DNA from: Vicugna vicugna
Taxonomy: Eukaryota
DNA: 64,000 bases
NCBI GenBank assembly: GCA_013265495.1
Contig: MU063499.1
Location: 1,674,001 to 1,738,000, forward strand
Reading direction: 5' to 3'
This document shows positions 48,988 to 61,915 of the stretch, piece by piece. The position numbers and the translations under genes are program-made. The notes below the pieces were generated by a model. It was not told the origin of the DNA and made no database searches. It saw nothing but the letters and a program-made list of their open reading frames with translations. Numbering within the stretch: position 1 is the first letter of the stretch; each line of letters begins with the position of its first letter.

Positions 48988-51900
48988 GTAGCAAGAGACC
49001 AGCAAGTGGTGACCTAATGTTTTGTTATTGTGGTTTGTGGGTCCCCTGACCCTTTGCCCCTAGGCAGTGCTGGGGTAAGAGCTTCCTTCTGCCCCAGCGG
49101 GCCTGGCTGTCAGGCCCCACCTGGTGGGGGTGTGGGGTGCAGTGTGGAGAAGGTCACTTGTGCTCCTCCTGGCCTCAGATGCCAGGGCACTTGGCACTGA
49201 GCTCCTGTCTCCCAGGGGTTGGCTTAGCCTTCCAGTGCCCCAGGTGCACTAAAGCACACTCCCTTGACTGGGTCTAGACTCAGCACAGTAATTGCATCTG
49301 AGCTTGAGCTTGGGGGTGGCTGCCTACTTTCTGGTGGGGAGGGGGCTGAGGGGTCTTGCTGCACAGTTCTGGGGTCACGTGTCCACATTCATTTAACAGG
49401 AGGGGGTGAGCAGGGCTTGTTTTACTTTTTATTCCCATAGTTTTTAGCTAAAATGTTCCTTCTAAGTCAGCCTTGGGGTTTCTGATATCCCATCTATCCC
49501 TGGTTGGGGCTGGGGAGAGTGAGAAGCTGAGGTGGTGAGCACAAGGTTGACCTCCACCCCAGCTCTGGTTGACAGACTTGTGGCTGCCAGGAGGCCTGAA
49601 GGCCCAGCCCTTCTGTCCACAGTGGCAGGAGACCTCCAGGTTGGCAGGTGCTGATGTTAGCCTGCATCAGAGTGGGTCCTGAGAAACACAGTGGACCAGG
49701 CTGGTGCATTCTTTTGTATTCCCCTCTCCCATTCCTCCAACCTGTCACTTTCAAGGGCCTGACCTGGTGGTGCAGTGGCCAGAGGCAGTGTGGTCCAGTG
49801 GGCAGCATCCTCTGATGGAGCCAGGATGCTGGTTTCCAGGGCTGTGTTTTACAGTGGGACCTTGGCAGCTCCCTTCCCTGTGAGAGGTTGGCTCCAAGGT
49901 CAGTGCAAGGTAGCAGCCTCATTTTACTCTCAGTCAGTCAGTTGAAGGGTGTAGCTGGTATCTGAGTGCCCACTCCCGAGGCATGGACTCCACAAGAGGA
50001 GACATGGCCTGCCTGAGGTCACATAGTGGGAGGAAGTCCAATGGAGATGGAAAGTTAGGTCCCTGCCCTGGGGGGGTCTGTATTGCTGGAGTTATACCTG
50101 GCCTGAGCGACTCCTCCGCTGTGGTTAGGGGTTGCGTTTGCCTTAGCAGAGGCCACACTGCAGCCCAAGGGCCCCAGTATCCTGCTTCTTGCCCAGCCCT
50201 AGCTGCATGGACCCTAAACTGCCTCTAGCTTCCTTTGAGGAGGAGCCAGGGACTTATCCTCATGGCTGCTCCAGAAGGACCTGGAAGGACGGGATGGGAC
50301 ACAGCAGGGCGAGATGCCTGGCTTTCTGAGCCCCCATATACTCTCAGACCTTTGCCTGCCTCACCAGTGTTGCCCTTTCTCTCCTCCTACCTGTGCCCTT
50401 TGACTATTGATGCTGTCTTCAGCGGCATCTCAGGGCAGTTGCCTTGACCTAGCAGTCTCTTACCTTCTTGTCCCACAGCCTGGGCCACTCCTCAACCAGT
50501 GATGGCTTCCCTGATGGTCTAACCCTCCTGGCCTCAGGCTCATTACTGAGGAAGAACCTTGGCAAGCATGTGAGTATCACAGCCCAAGAGAGTGATGATG
50601 GGAAGTGACAGTATAGGGGCAGCTGGGGACACTGAAACAGGAGCCACCCTTGGGACACCTTCCTTCTATAGGGCTTGACTCCCCTGGGGAAGAGGTTCAG
50701 GCCAAGTGGACCGGCAGGGTGGGTCTTCAAGCCTGCAGCCATGGGTTGACTGGGACTTGGACATTGAGCTCCAGTGTTGGAGCCACACCAGCCTGGATGC
50801 AGATCCTGACATCTGCCCCTCGCTAGATGTGACCTTGGGTGGATGACTTCACCTCCCTCAGCCTTGGCTTCCAAATCTGAGAAATGGTATCAAGCGCTTT
50901 ATCTTAATATGATTGCCAGGAGTCCATGGGTTGCACCTTTCATGGGGCACTATGAGTACCTCCATTGCCTGCCTTGGAGGGCAGACACAGGGAGGGCTCT
51001 GTACTCTCATGCTTTTCTTGTGCTTGGCACCAACACAAGGCAGACAGACACAGCAGTCTGGAAAGGAGGAAAGGCAGGGGTTTGAGTCTTGGGCTCTTGA
51101 CTTCTCTCTGCCCTCTGGAAATGGAGCCACTAAGGGGCTGGTAGCTTGGCAGCCAGATCTCCCCTTAGTCCCTCCTCTCCCTCCTCACCAGGACCTGAGT
51201 GCCCTGAGGTCCAAGCCAGAGTAACCAGTGCCTCTAGCATAGGGAAAACCAGTCTCACTCACCCTATCTCCTCCGTTCTCCTGGTGCCAGCGCCAGAGAT
51301 GAGCTGCCTCCTTTAGCATGTGTTGTGGAGCCCTAGAGACAGAACAGCAGGAGGACGTGGGGCTGATGGTGGAATCTAGGTTCTGCAGGCACCTGAGGTC
51401 TTGAGGGATGTGCCTGCTACTTGCCCAGCCTCCTTTGAGCACAGGCAAAGGGGTAGGAGTCCCTGATGACTGTACTCTGGAAGAGCAATTCCCTCCCCTC
51501 TTCTGATAGTAGAGGAAACTGAGACTTTGCCTCACAGTTGGATGCTTTTCCCAGCTGCCATGGCTCTCTCCATGGGTCCTGTCTAGCTCCTTTATTGAAA
51601 TGTGCCTTTTCTTCTCTCCCCTATTCCACCTGGACCCTGGGCCATTAACTTCTGTCAGTCCCCCGCTTAAGCCCTTGGGTAGCTCCCCATGACCTGAGTG
51701 TGATCTCTGTGTCCTGCAGAGTCCAGGTCTGAAGAGGTGGGATGGCTATGAGAAGGGCCCTGGGGAGCCCTCCCAAAGCCCTGTCAGTGCTCTGAGCAAG
51801 CGTCCATCAGAACAAAGTGTTCCACTGCTGATTGGCTTTGAGAATTGCTTTAACCTATTCGGGCCAGCATGACCCTCCCTATTCACTTTGGGATTCTTTT

Positions 51901-52594
51901 TTCCACTGCTCTGGACTCCAGCCTCCCTATAGAGCTCTCCATTCCCCACACACCCCTCCTTCCCCTTGCCCCAGCAGTTCGTTCATCAGGAATGCCTTTG
52001 CCTACCACTTCCAGTCCAAGATTATTCTTTTCTTCAAGTCCCAACAGAAATGCTGTCTCCTCTGGAACACCCACTCTGACCTCTGTGTTCTCCCTTCTAC
52101 CGGTACCAGTGACATTCTACCCCATGCGTTTGGAACCTTTCTGTGTCTGTCTCATCTCTGGGGTCCCATATGGATCTAGCATACTGCAAGCTCAGTGAAT
52201 GTCCACCAGTAAGCCTATAGTATGTGCATTTTCTAGAATGGAGCTGGAATTTCCCATGTGGCTCACATCTGACCTGACAGCAGCTCTCACATATTCTGGG
52301 CAGCAGAGAGAGGAAGCTCTGAGGGCCTAGCCTCCCACCCGAGCCAGGCAGCTGTTTGGGTTGAGCCATAGCCACTAGGAGGGCTCAAGTGCACCTGATC
52401 TCTGCACAGTGGCCACGCCAGGAGTACAGGCTGTCCTTGGCGGGAGCAGGGGCGGGCGCCAGGTTTCCTGGAGCTCTGGGGCCCAGCCAGAGTGTTGGCC
52501 AGAACAGCAGTCTGATCCCCGCCTCATGACCCCTCGGTTCTGGGACAGGCCGTCTGGGCAGGGATTGAGACTGTCAAAGCAACCCTCCCCCTCC

Positions 52595-53085
52595 TGTGGT
52601 CGGCAGGATGATAGCCCCAAAGATACCCACATCTTAATCCCCCAAACCTATGAGTGTGTTACCTTACATGGCAAAAGGAACTTTGCAGATTTGATTAAGT
52701 TAAGGATCTTGAGATGGAATGATTATCCTGGAATATTCAGGTGGACTCAGTGTAATCACAGGGGAAAAGGCGAGGAAATGGATTCTCCCCAAGAGCCTCA
52801 AGAAAGAATGCCATCTTGCCAAGACCTTGATTTTAACCTGGTAAAACTGATTTTGGATTTCTGACTTCCAGAACTGTAAGATGATATATTTGTGTTGTTT
52901 TAAAACACTGAATTTGTGGTTGTTATAGCAGCAATTAGAAACTAATACAGATTTTGGTACCCAAAATGAAGTGCTGCTCTAACAAGTACCTAGAAATGGA
53001 AGTAGCTTTGCAATTGAAATTTAGAAATGGGAAAAGACTGAAAATTTTTGAGGTGCATGATAGACTGCCTTGAATGCTTTTCCTC
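52595..53085 (+). mobile_element. MLT1 (MaLR) LTR at 52595-52949 plus the start of the internal region
   Basis: TGTGG start, ttacatggcaaaaggaactttgcagat, gacttccagaactgtaagat and gaaactaataca end, then gattttggtacc (start of MaLR-int). Confidence 0.85.
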
Positions 53086-56000
53086 TGAGCAGTGAGGTGG
53101 CCAGGGGTGGGGGTTGCGAACCCTCTACAATCTGGGGACCTGAGCTGCCCAGGCCCCCTGTCCACCTGCCCAGGGTGGGCCCCAGAGAGTCTGGCCCGGG
53201 CACTGGGAGTGGGAGGAGAATGGGACTGAGATTGGGGAAGAGATAGCAAAGCTGGCCTCCGTGGCCCATATCCATTGGCATGAGGACCACCTATGTATGC
53301 TCTCAGAGACTGGATCTGAGCCTGTTCCTGGCTTCCTTGGAGTCATGTGGTTGGCCCAGCATGCCTTGAGTATGTAAGGATGAGCAGAGGGTGAGTAGGT
53401 ACCATGTCTGTGAAATGAGTGCAGTAGCCCCTGACTAGGAGCAGAAAAGCAGCTCTGGCCAACACTCCCCCCTCCATGTAAGCCTTGGAGATTTGGCTCC
53501 TTCCAGTCACCAGGCAGTGCCCAGCTCCTGCTATAGGTGTGGGCTGGGCTGTGTGGCTGGAATAGAATTTAGTCATTCCTGGGATTCTCAGCCTCATGGT
53601 CCCCAAAGCTGAAGTGGCTAATTGGAACCCTCGACTCTGCCTGTCCACGCCTGGACCAGGACCTCACTCCAGATGAATGAGGGACACTCAGTGGCTCTGG
53701 AGGCACCATCCCACCTGGCCAAGGTCTGGGGCTCCTGAAGCCACAGCCCCAACTCAGGAGCCACATGGAGAGCTACTGGGGGGCCAGACATGGGCTGACG
53801 TGCCTCATGCTGGGTCTGAGAACTGAGAATCTGGGCGATGGACAGTCTGGACACCTGAGTTCAAGGGTCAGCTTAAGTCCCCTGATATGCTTTGGATGAA
53901 GCCAAGAAGGCCTGTTTGTATTGGCAGGGGTAAATTGTAGCAAGACACATGTCCAATCCCTGATTCCCTCTCTCTTAAACAGAGAAGAAAGGGGCTAACT
54001 CAAGATCATATAGCACTTGTCTCCTGACTCCTGATGCAGTGCCCTCAGCCCCCATTGCTTCCAAGGGCTCTTGGTCATTTAATTGGGTGGCTTGTGTGGC
54101 TGTTTTATATGGCTCTTCACGTAGCTCTGGGATGCACAAATTGTGGCTCATAAAGTCCTCAGGGCCAAACGGCTGATGTCAGCTCCATTAGCCCAACTGC
54201 ACCAATGGGTGTGTGGACAGATCTGGGTCCCATCTGAAGCCTTGGTAGTAGTTGTGAGGAAAGTGGGATTTCCCCCAAGTAAACGGGTCCTGCTCTGAGG
54301 GAACTGGTAATGCACTGCTGAAAGGACCTTTAGGCATCTTTGGCCTTGTAATCAGGAATCAGATGTGTAAGAGCTTCAAATTCTGGGACCACTCCACTTC
54401 CGAGACACACTCCCCTCAACCATCCTATAGGAAAATGGTCAAGATAGGCCAGTTTGACAGTTCACAGAGTAGGAGAGGCAAAGGGAGCTTACCTCAGCCT
54501 CACTGGGAGCCCTAGACTGAGCTGGCCTCCACTTGGCCCCGGCCATGGCTGAGGATTCAAGGTGAGGTGGCTCAGACCAGCTCTGCCCCAGGGAAGGCAG
54601 GCCTGGCCTGGTGGCCTCTTTCCAGAGGCTGGGGTCTCTCCCAGAGACTCTGCCTCTCAGAGCTGGGGATGCCACCATATTGCCCCTTGTACTGAATCTG
54701 TCGCCCTCTCCTGGGACATGAGTTTGGGGGAGTGGAAAGATCAGATCTCCTACCTTGCTGAGCCCAGGGAGCGGATTGTTGGGGCTTGAGGCACCCACAA
54801 AGATCCCTGTGTGTAGATGAGAATATTAATAAGGCTCAGCAGGCCTGGGCTGGGGCTTGAACCCAAGTCTCTTCTTTGGCTCCCAGCCTCCAGCCTTACA
54901 TCAGCTGCAGACCCCGACCCTGCCTTGCTTTCCAAGAGTGGTCCTGCCTGCCAGGAGAGGCAGCCAAAGCCCTTTGCCATTCCTGGAAGTCAGTGTGAAG
55001 CCAAGCTGTGTGGGCAAGCAGAGTAAACCCAAGCTAGAGCTGCCTGGGCCTTGCTTGCCCTTGGACCTTGCAGCTGAGCGAAGTATCCGACCAGTGCTCC
55101 CTGGGCCTTCCTCCTCCTCCATCTCCTTGCCGTCATTTCTTGAGCTCCTGCTGGGCGATGGGCCCCAAGCAGCTGCTTTGCATTTATTAGTTTTAATCAT
55201 GCTACCTCACACACTGGGTTTTTAATCATCTTCATGATGAGGAAACCAAGGCTCAGCAGGGTGCAGGTCACACAGCTGGACTGGAAGGGAGGCTGAGGCT
55301 GCTTTTGCTGCCCATTTGACTGTCAGAGACACTGAGGCCAGCATAGCTAGATCCTGGGCTGCTCCCTTCAGGGCTCAATGCAGTGGTCCACCTGGGCTTA
55401 TGGATCCTCGGAGCAGGAGCAAGGCTTGCCAGGGCTGATCCCAGAGGGCTTTCTGGAAGCCCAGTGTTTACGCCTATGGGCTCTTCTCCTGAGCTGTGTG
55501 CAACATAGGCCCAGACCTCAGTCTTCCAATCCCTACTGTGTGCCAGGCTCTGGGGAGATGACATCAATCAGAAGAGCCTATAAAATATGAAGATTGAATG
55601 GTGCACCCTGAACCAAGTGCTTCTGGGATTATCTCATTCGCCCTCAAGATATCCCATAAGGCAGAGTCTGTGAACCATCTCATCTTACAGGCAAGGAAAC
55701 GAACTGAAAAAGGCTAAGGAGCTTGCTCATGTGCTGGCTGAACTGGGATTCTGGCACAAGCAGAATGACCCAGGACCTGGACCTTTGCCATCACACCAGG
55801 CTTGAAGAAGATGAGGCACAGGACAGGGATAGAGCAGGCAGAGAGGGCAGTCTAGGCAGAAGCCTGGAGGCCTGAAATCATGTGAACAGGGATGTATAGG
55901 GGCAAGGCAGTGATGGTGGTGAATGCCCTTGGATGAGTTCTGAATGCATTTCTGGATACCAGGGGCCTAATTTAAGTTTCAGGGTATCTGAAGATCCAGA

Positions 56001-59000
56001 TGTTAACATTTGGGGATGTAGCCTGGAGGCAGCACTTTAGATGGAGTTGAGAAGACCACCCTTCCAGGCCTGAGGGCTGTCAACCACAGTGACCAGGCAT
56101 CTCCATGTGTAATGGTGCCACGTGCCACACATACTTTGTCATCAATCCTGTCTGCATATCTTGGGCGCCTTCCTAGGCCCACTAGACAGATGAAAAGACT
56201 GAGGCTTAACCTGCCCAACATCACAAAAGCAGGAAGTGGCTGTGGTAGTATTTGAGCCCAGTCCTCTGACATCCCAGCTGGAAGGAGAGTGAGCAGGCCA
56301 ACTGAGGCCAACTGCAGCTCAGGGCTCCAATTCCCCGGGGGGCCCCAGTGCCAAGCTGGGGTGGCCCCAGGGCTGACGTGGCCTTCCAGGGCAAAGAGGA
56401 AAGTGATGAGTCAAACAAAAAGCACCAGATGTGGAGTGAGCTTTCCCCCCTCCCAGCTGCCCGGGTGCCAGACTTTCACACCCCACAGAAGAGGGGCCCA
56501 TTGGGGAGGGGAGGGCAGTGAAAGTGGCTGCTACTGGAAGGAGGTTCCGATGTACTCCGGATGTGGGGTGGGACTGGCAGACTCCCAGACTCTGGTTCCC
56601 AGCTGACAGGTGGGTGAGAAAAGTGAGTCCTGTCTCTGCGTAAGCGGGTATAAAGCCTCCTGTATCATGGGAAGCACAGGTCCTCAGGTCTGGGTGGTTC
56701 CGGGAGGAGTGTGTGGATGTGCCTAAAACCCTTCTTGAAGGCATTCCACAGCTCAAGAACTGACCAGAGCTCCCCACTGCCTGCCTGCATGGAAACCCTG
56801 CCTCTTGCACATTCTGCCCAGCCCTCTTGCCCAGACCCCTAGAGCTGTGGAGTTTGTTCTGTTAAACTAAATTTCACATGGAACTCAAATAATATATTTT
56901 TTTAAAAGATAAAGACAGCATCTTAAACATAAATATATTTTATAAATTCAGATTCTCAGCACTTTGTTAGTGTTAAGTCCATCAAGGTGAAGAGTGATGA
57001 GTACTGTCGTTTGAACGGGGGGCTAGGGTGGAAGTGAACCTTATGTTAGCCTCAGAGTCCAGTTTCTTTCGGTATTTGATTTTGGTGGCACAGGACCAAG
57101 TGACCCCTGATTCTCACAGATAAATGGTTACAAAAGTAGCAGTGTTTCCGACCACCTTGCAGTCTCCTTCATTCGCAGGGACAGCAGGAGAAGCTTTATG
57201 CCAAGCTCAGTCCAAATCTGGTTCTCTGGACACACAGGACAGATTCTAAATGGTCATAATTTGGTGTTGTGCCCATTTGAGTCTGTGTGTGGTTTTTTTT
57301 AAAATTGGGCTTTTTCAATAGTTAAAAATACAAAAGAAAGAGGGGGAAAGGAAGAGAAGGGAAGGAGAGAGGGAAAGGCGGGCAAGGGAGAGAGAAGGAA
57401 CTCATGTGGGGCATCTGAGGATGCCCTCTCTCAGATTCTTGGTGAGGTTAGCCTCTGGCTCTCCTGGGAAGCCCACCCTGACTGCTCCATCCCTACGGGT
57501 CCTAAAGGTTCCAGTGTCTCCTCTCACCCAGCATTTGTCCCAGCAAGTGAATCTGGACTGCATGCTCCTGAAAAGTCTCTGGAGTTCACGACCTACAGCA
57601 TGGACCTTCCAGATACTCAGTCCCTGGTTCTGGGGTGGGAAGAAGGCCCCAAGCAGGGTACAAGGACTAGGGGCTTCCCTTCACCCTGTGTGGTGCCTCT
57701 AGGGGTGGGAGGACTGGGGAAGCCAGTGCCCCTGAGAGTCTGGGGTTTCTGTACCTTCATTTCTGGGAACTTGCTATGCTTTAGAAAGAGAGAAATGAGA
57801 AGCAAAACCCTAGGGCCCCAGCACACCCCCCACTCCTGTCTTCCTTCCGCTGAGTCACAGCCAAGAGCCTAGCACCTCACCCTCCTCTGAGGCCATCTGG
57901 GTGGGGTGGAATTCAGAGTCATGTGAGGACACAGCATCCGGGACAGGTCCTTTTTTCCTGCCAGTATCATCTGTGAGGGGCCCTGGGTTGCTAAGGCTGA
58001 AACTACCTCCCAAGCTTGGAGAAGGGGTGACTGAGGTCCTTATTTGTCGTGTCCCCCCTCCCATTCCCAGGCATTTAGCATCAACTGTAAGACAGATGAG
58101 GTGGTTCAGGTGGGAACCTGTCATGGACTTGGACATCAGCTCCTCCTGACAGGCCTCCAATGAGTGGTTGGGTCCTTAGGCTTGCTCTGGTCAGCAGTGG
58201 GGAGCCATGAGGGCCAGGCCACATCACACGTGCACATCACAGAACCTGCACACCTCTACACAGGTGACCATAGGTACGTGCATGGTGACAGGTGTGGGAC
58301 TTGAGTACTTCGGTCCATGTCCATGGTCACAGGTGTCCACACAGGGCCTCCCTTGGATGGGGGAACTCCAGGCTCTGGGAACCAGTTCAGGACTGTATGT
58401 GTGTGGCATCTGTGAGGGTCCCTGTGTTGCTGAGGGTTGAGGCTACTTTCCAAGCTTGGAAAAGGGGTGACACGTTCTTATGGGGTGTCACCCTGTTTTA
58501 GAGGCCCAACCACTATCTCTGAGTCATGGGAGCTCATGGGAACTCCCATTTTATGGAAAACTGAAGCCGAGAGGGCCTATGAATTGCCCAGGGTCACACA
58601 GCAAGTTGGGGAAGATCCGGAGGGGAATGAGCCAGACTCGGGCACCTGTCCATGACCTTGACCTTTTTGGCCTGGTATTTGGGGCTTGGCACCCCTTGAT
58701 GGCCACACTGCATCAAACTCTGGGTTGATTCTCCCAGCAAACCCACCTGGGGACCAACCACAGTGTCCTCCCAAGCCTCACTGACTATGCCCGGGGATTT
58801 CTCACACATTAAATCTTTGCTTGTTCTGTCCTAGCTGCCTGGAATGCCCTTTCTCTCAAGTAATCTCTGTCTCTCTGTGTCTGATTCCTCAGATAAAATC
58901 CAGACTTGCAAATTCTGCTGAAATTCTTCTTCCACTTTCTCTGGTCCCCTTGGAAATTTCCCCTGCCTCCAGCCTCCCTCAGCCTCTGTACCCCCTCACT

Positions 59001-59809
59001 CCCACCCACTGTTCACCCACCTATTCATCATAAAATTGACCCCCAGAGCCCTAGGCTGAGGGTACAGGGTTCTTTGGGGCTGAGAGACTGGGAGCCACAC
59101 CCAGGCCAGCTCCGCCCTTCTGACTTTGCCAGTCACTGGGGTGGGCCCGGGAACCAGGAGAGGAAACAGGGCCTCTGCCAGGCCTCACCCTTTGCCTGCA
59201 ACTCTGCTTCTTCCCTGACTGTCCAGAGGCCTGGAGCACTGTACTCTAGGCAAGATTGATCCTTCAGAGTTTGCCATTCCAGGTTTTGCTTATTCCCCTG
59301 CACCCTGAGTACACCTCAACTGGGAGCTAGAACTGTTTGGTAGGATGGAGGGTAGGGTTTGAACAAAGAGTAGAGACCCCTCAGATTTGTTGGGTGCTGC
59401 TCTTATATTAAATGGCCCCAGACAGAGTTTTCTGCTCCTTTCCAGAGCTCTTGCCTTTCACTTGGTCTCAGGAAGCAGGTGAGAGGCTGCCTTTGCCCTA
59501 TGAGACTGAGCCCCATCACTGCCTGGCTATCCCCTCGCTCCCCTCCACCCCTGAATGGGAGCCTAAGATTGTCAGGCCTCCCCTTGGTGCTGGAGTATGA
59601 AGGAAAAATTGACACTAACACTGCCCACAAGGAGCTCATGGCCTAGTGGAGGACAGAGGCAAGTAAACAGGCCCTTATCCTTGGGCCCTGCACCATACAT
59701 TCGGTCACTATCTGCTCAGCACTGTGCCAGGCACTGGGCAGGGGCAGTATTCAGATAAGGCCCTGCTCACATGGAGTATATCCCTTCACACTCATGTTCC
59801 CACACAGCA

Positions 59810-60720
59810 GTTGCAATGCTTGGCTTGAGGTTTGTCTGCCTCAGAGGCCAGCTTGATAGGTGACCAAAATTGCCAGGGAGCTCACCCCCTGGAGTAGCCC
59901 TAAGCCAGCGAGGGGTGGCAGTTGGTGGATACGCACCCCAGCTTCCTTATCTCTTGGGTAGGACAACTCTAAGGTGTGTTCTGCACCATCTCTCAACCGA
60001 GGACTGACCTCAGTTGCCCACAGAGGGAACCCGCTTACTAAGAAACCTTCTTTGGCTTCCTTTCTTTCCCTGTCTCACTTCCCCTCTCCTCCGTGTCAGG
60101 AACTGGGAAGGTGCTGAGATTTCACCCAACCTGCAAGCTAACAAGTTGTCATACTGCTGAGGATGCTGGCAGAAGACACAAGACTCCTGCTTTAGGAACA
60201 AAGGTCAGTTTATTTTCTACAGTAACAGAGTAGACAGAGGATCAGCATTTTCTTGTACCACTTCCTGGAACCCCAGTTCCCACAGAGTGACCCAATAAGG
60301 GCCAGATGATGCCTGCAAATGCAGTAGATTGACAAGAGAGGAACCCTGAGTTCAGGGAACCCAAATCTTTTATAACAGGCTGTAAGCAAACTTGCCCAAC
60401 CTTTGCCCCAGAGGGAGCTATTATCTTTATTAATGGTGGATAAAACAAATCTGCCTTTTTCCCTGGAGGGAGACAGTATCTCTACCTTCTAAGGCTGTTC
60501 ACTATAATCACCCTTAAAAGTGTTACTTGGAACAAGGGCAGTCAGTGCCTCTACCAGCAAGTGTACAGAAGTGGAAGACAACCAGGAAACATTGTCTCCC
60601 AATACCCTACTGGTGCTTCTTGACATCACCTCCGAAATAAGCTATTTATGTTTGGATCCTTGTCCCAGAGCCTGCCTCTGGGGAAAACCCTCCAAGAGTG
60701 GGAAGATGACACTAAAGGGC
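59810..60720 (+). mobile_element. LTR16-like (ERVL) solo LTR in two pieces (~59810-60093 and ~60605-60720)
   Basis: ggacaactctaaggtgtgttct, agttgcccacag and ttccctgtctcacttcccc continue after the insert with catcacctccgaaataagcta...ggatccttgtcccagagcctgcctctggggaa. Confidence 0.6.
60094..60604 (-). mobile_element. MER39/MER34-like (ERV1) solo LTR nested in the LTR16-like element
   Basis: The reverse complement runs tattggggagacaat...agaggcactgactgcc...tataaaagatttgggttccctgaactcagggttcc...aataaa...cttgttagcttgcag...ctgaca, a complete LTR layout. Confidence 0.7.
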
Positions 60721-60854
60721 ATTAATGGATTTCTGATGTGGTTCTCATTTCTCCAGACCTGTCCTGCAAATAATGCAGGGGAGCCACACGAAGGAAGGTG
60801 TTTCCCTACCCAGAATCAATACTGTTGTGACTCCCAGGGAGGTGCTCTGAAGGA

Positions 60855-61000
60855 CTCTTAGGGTTTCATTTTTCATGTTTAAATATTTAGTCCATATAGA
60901 ATTTATCATGGTTGCCTGTGTGAAGTAGACATTGCACTTCATTTTTTCCCAATTGTTCCACTACCATTTATTGGAAATTGTACCTGGTCTGTCACTTCTC
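60855..61000 (-). mobile_element. Short L1M fragment
   Basis: ttttcatgtttaaatatttagtccatatagaattta...tgtgaagtag...caattgttccactaccatttattg matches a reverse L1 ORF2 region. Confidence 0.6.
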
Positions 61001-61161
61001 TAATCTGCCTGGAGCCTATTATGTAGAATGTATCACAAGCACACAGATGATCAGTTCACAGTAAGTGGACTAAAGAACACGTGGGTATCACCATCACTGG
61101 TGAGGTGACACTCACCACTGGCACAGTGCGAGACAAACCCAACACTCACAGTGACACCATT

Positions 61162-61915
61162 CAGGCCCCAGGGAAATGCAGGGGGTTTTGAACCAGCCTC
61201 AGAGTTCACAGAGGATCTGAACGTGAATTGGGAAGGTTTATTTCTATAAAAATACTTAAAACTTAATAGAAATTTCAAAAAGTTGAATAAAATTTTAGTT
61301 TTAAATCTTTTTGATTTAGATTTTTACATTAGTTCATTATAACTCAATAGTTTGTATTTTGACTTAATTTTCACTAATTTTGATTATTTTAAAAACAACT
61401 TTTTGGACTATATTATAAATACTTTCAGTTTTAAAATATTTTAAATTTAATTTAGTTCATATTTTTGTGACCTTGAAATTTAATATTTTATTTTAACCTG
61501 TTAAATCACTACTGGCAGTAGATAGAAATTATGAAAATCTTGATTAGAAAACATAATATTTTTCCTGGAATAAAAGCAAGAACAGTAAATGTTACAGAAA
61601 AAGTATGTAATACCTTTTGAATTAGGCACATCTTTACCTTCTGACTCACATCACTGGACGCCTGGACATGAGTAACAACTCTTAAACTCAAGCATATTTG
61701 ATATCTGACTTTCTGATATTTTATATGAATTTCAGACATATAAAAACTGCAGATTTACAGATTTTTTATTGTTATGAAAGTTTATTTGTTGAGTAGGAGG
61801 ATAGATCATATTTTATTAGCAGTTTGTGGCTTGTTTTATGATTTTAAATATTTAGATTCTGTAGTGAGGGCCTCCATTTGCCTTTCGCCTAGAGCACTGT
61901 GAACATCAGGGCCTG
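61162..61915. mobile_element. AT-rich hAT-type DNA transposon relic (Tip100/Charlie-like)
   Basis: Short inverted ends CAGGCCC (61162-61168) and GGGCCTG (61909-61915), an extremely AT-rich interior, and an end motif ttatgattttaaatatttaga...gggcctccatttg. No 8-bp TSD found. Confidence 0.45.

Noticed and set aside
49113-49130. CTCF-like CCACCAGGTGGGGC after the HEMK1 polyA site
   Set aside because: Mismatch at the critical C of GGC; not counted as a site.
56994-57110. C/D snoRNA-like boxes (GTGATGA...CTGA)
   Set aside because: No convincing terminal stem or C'/D' boxes, not intronic, and no recognisable rRNA guide.
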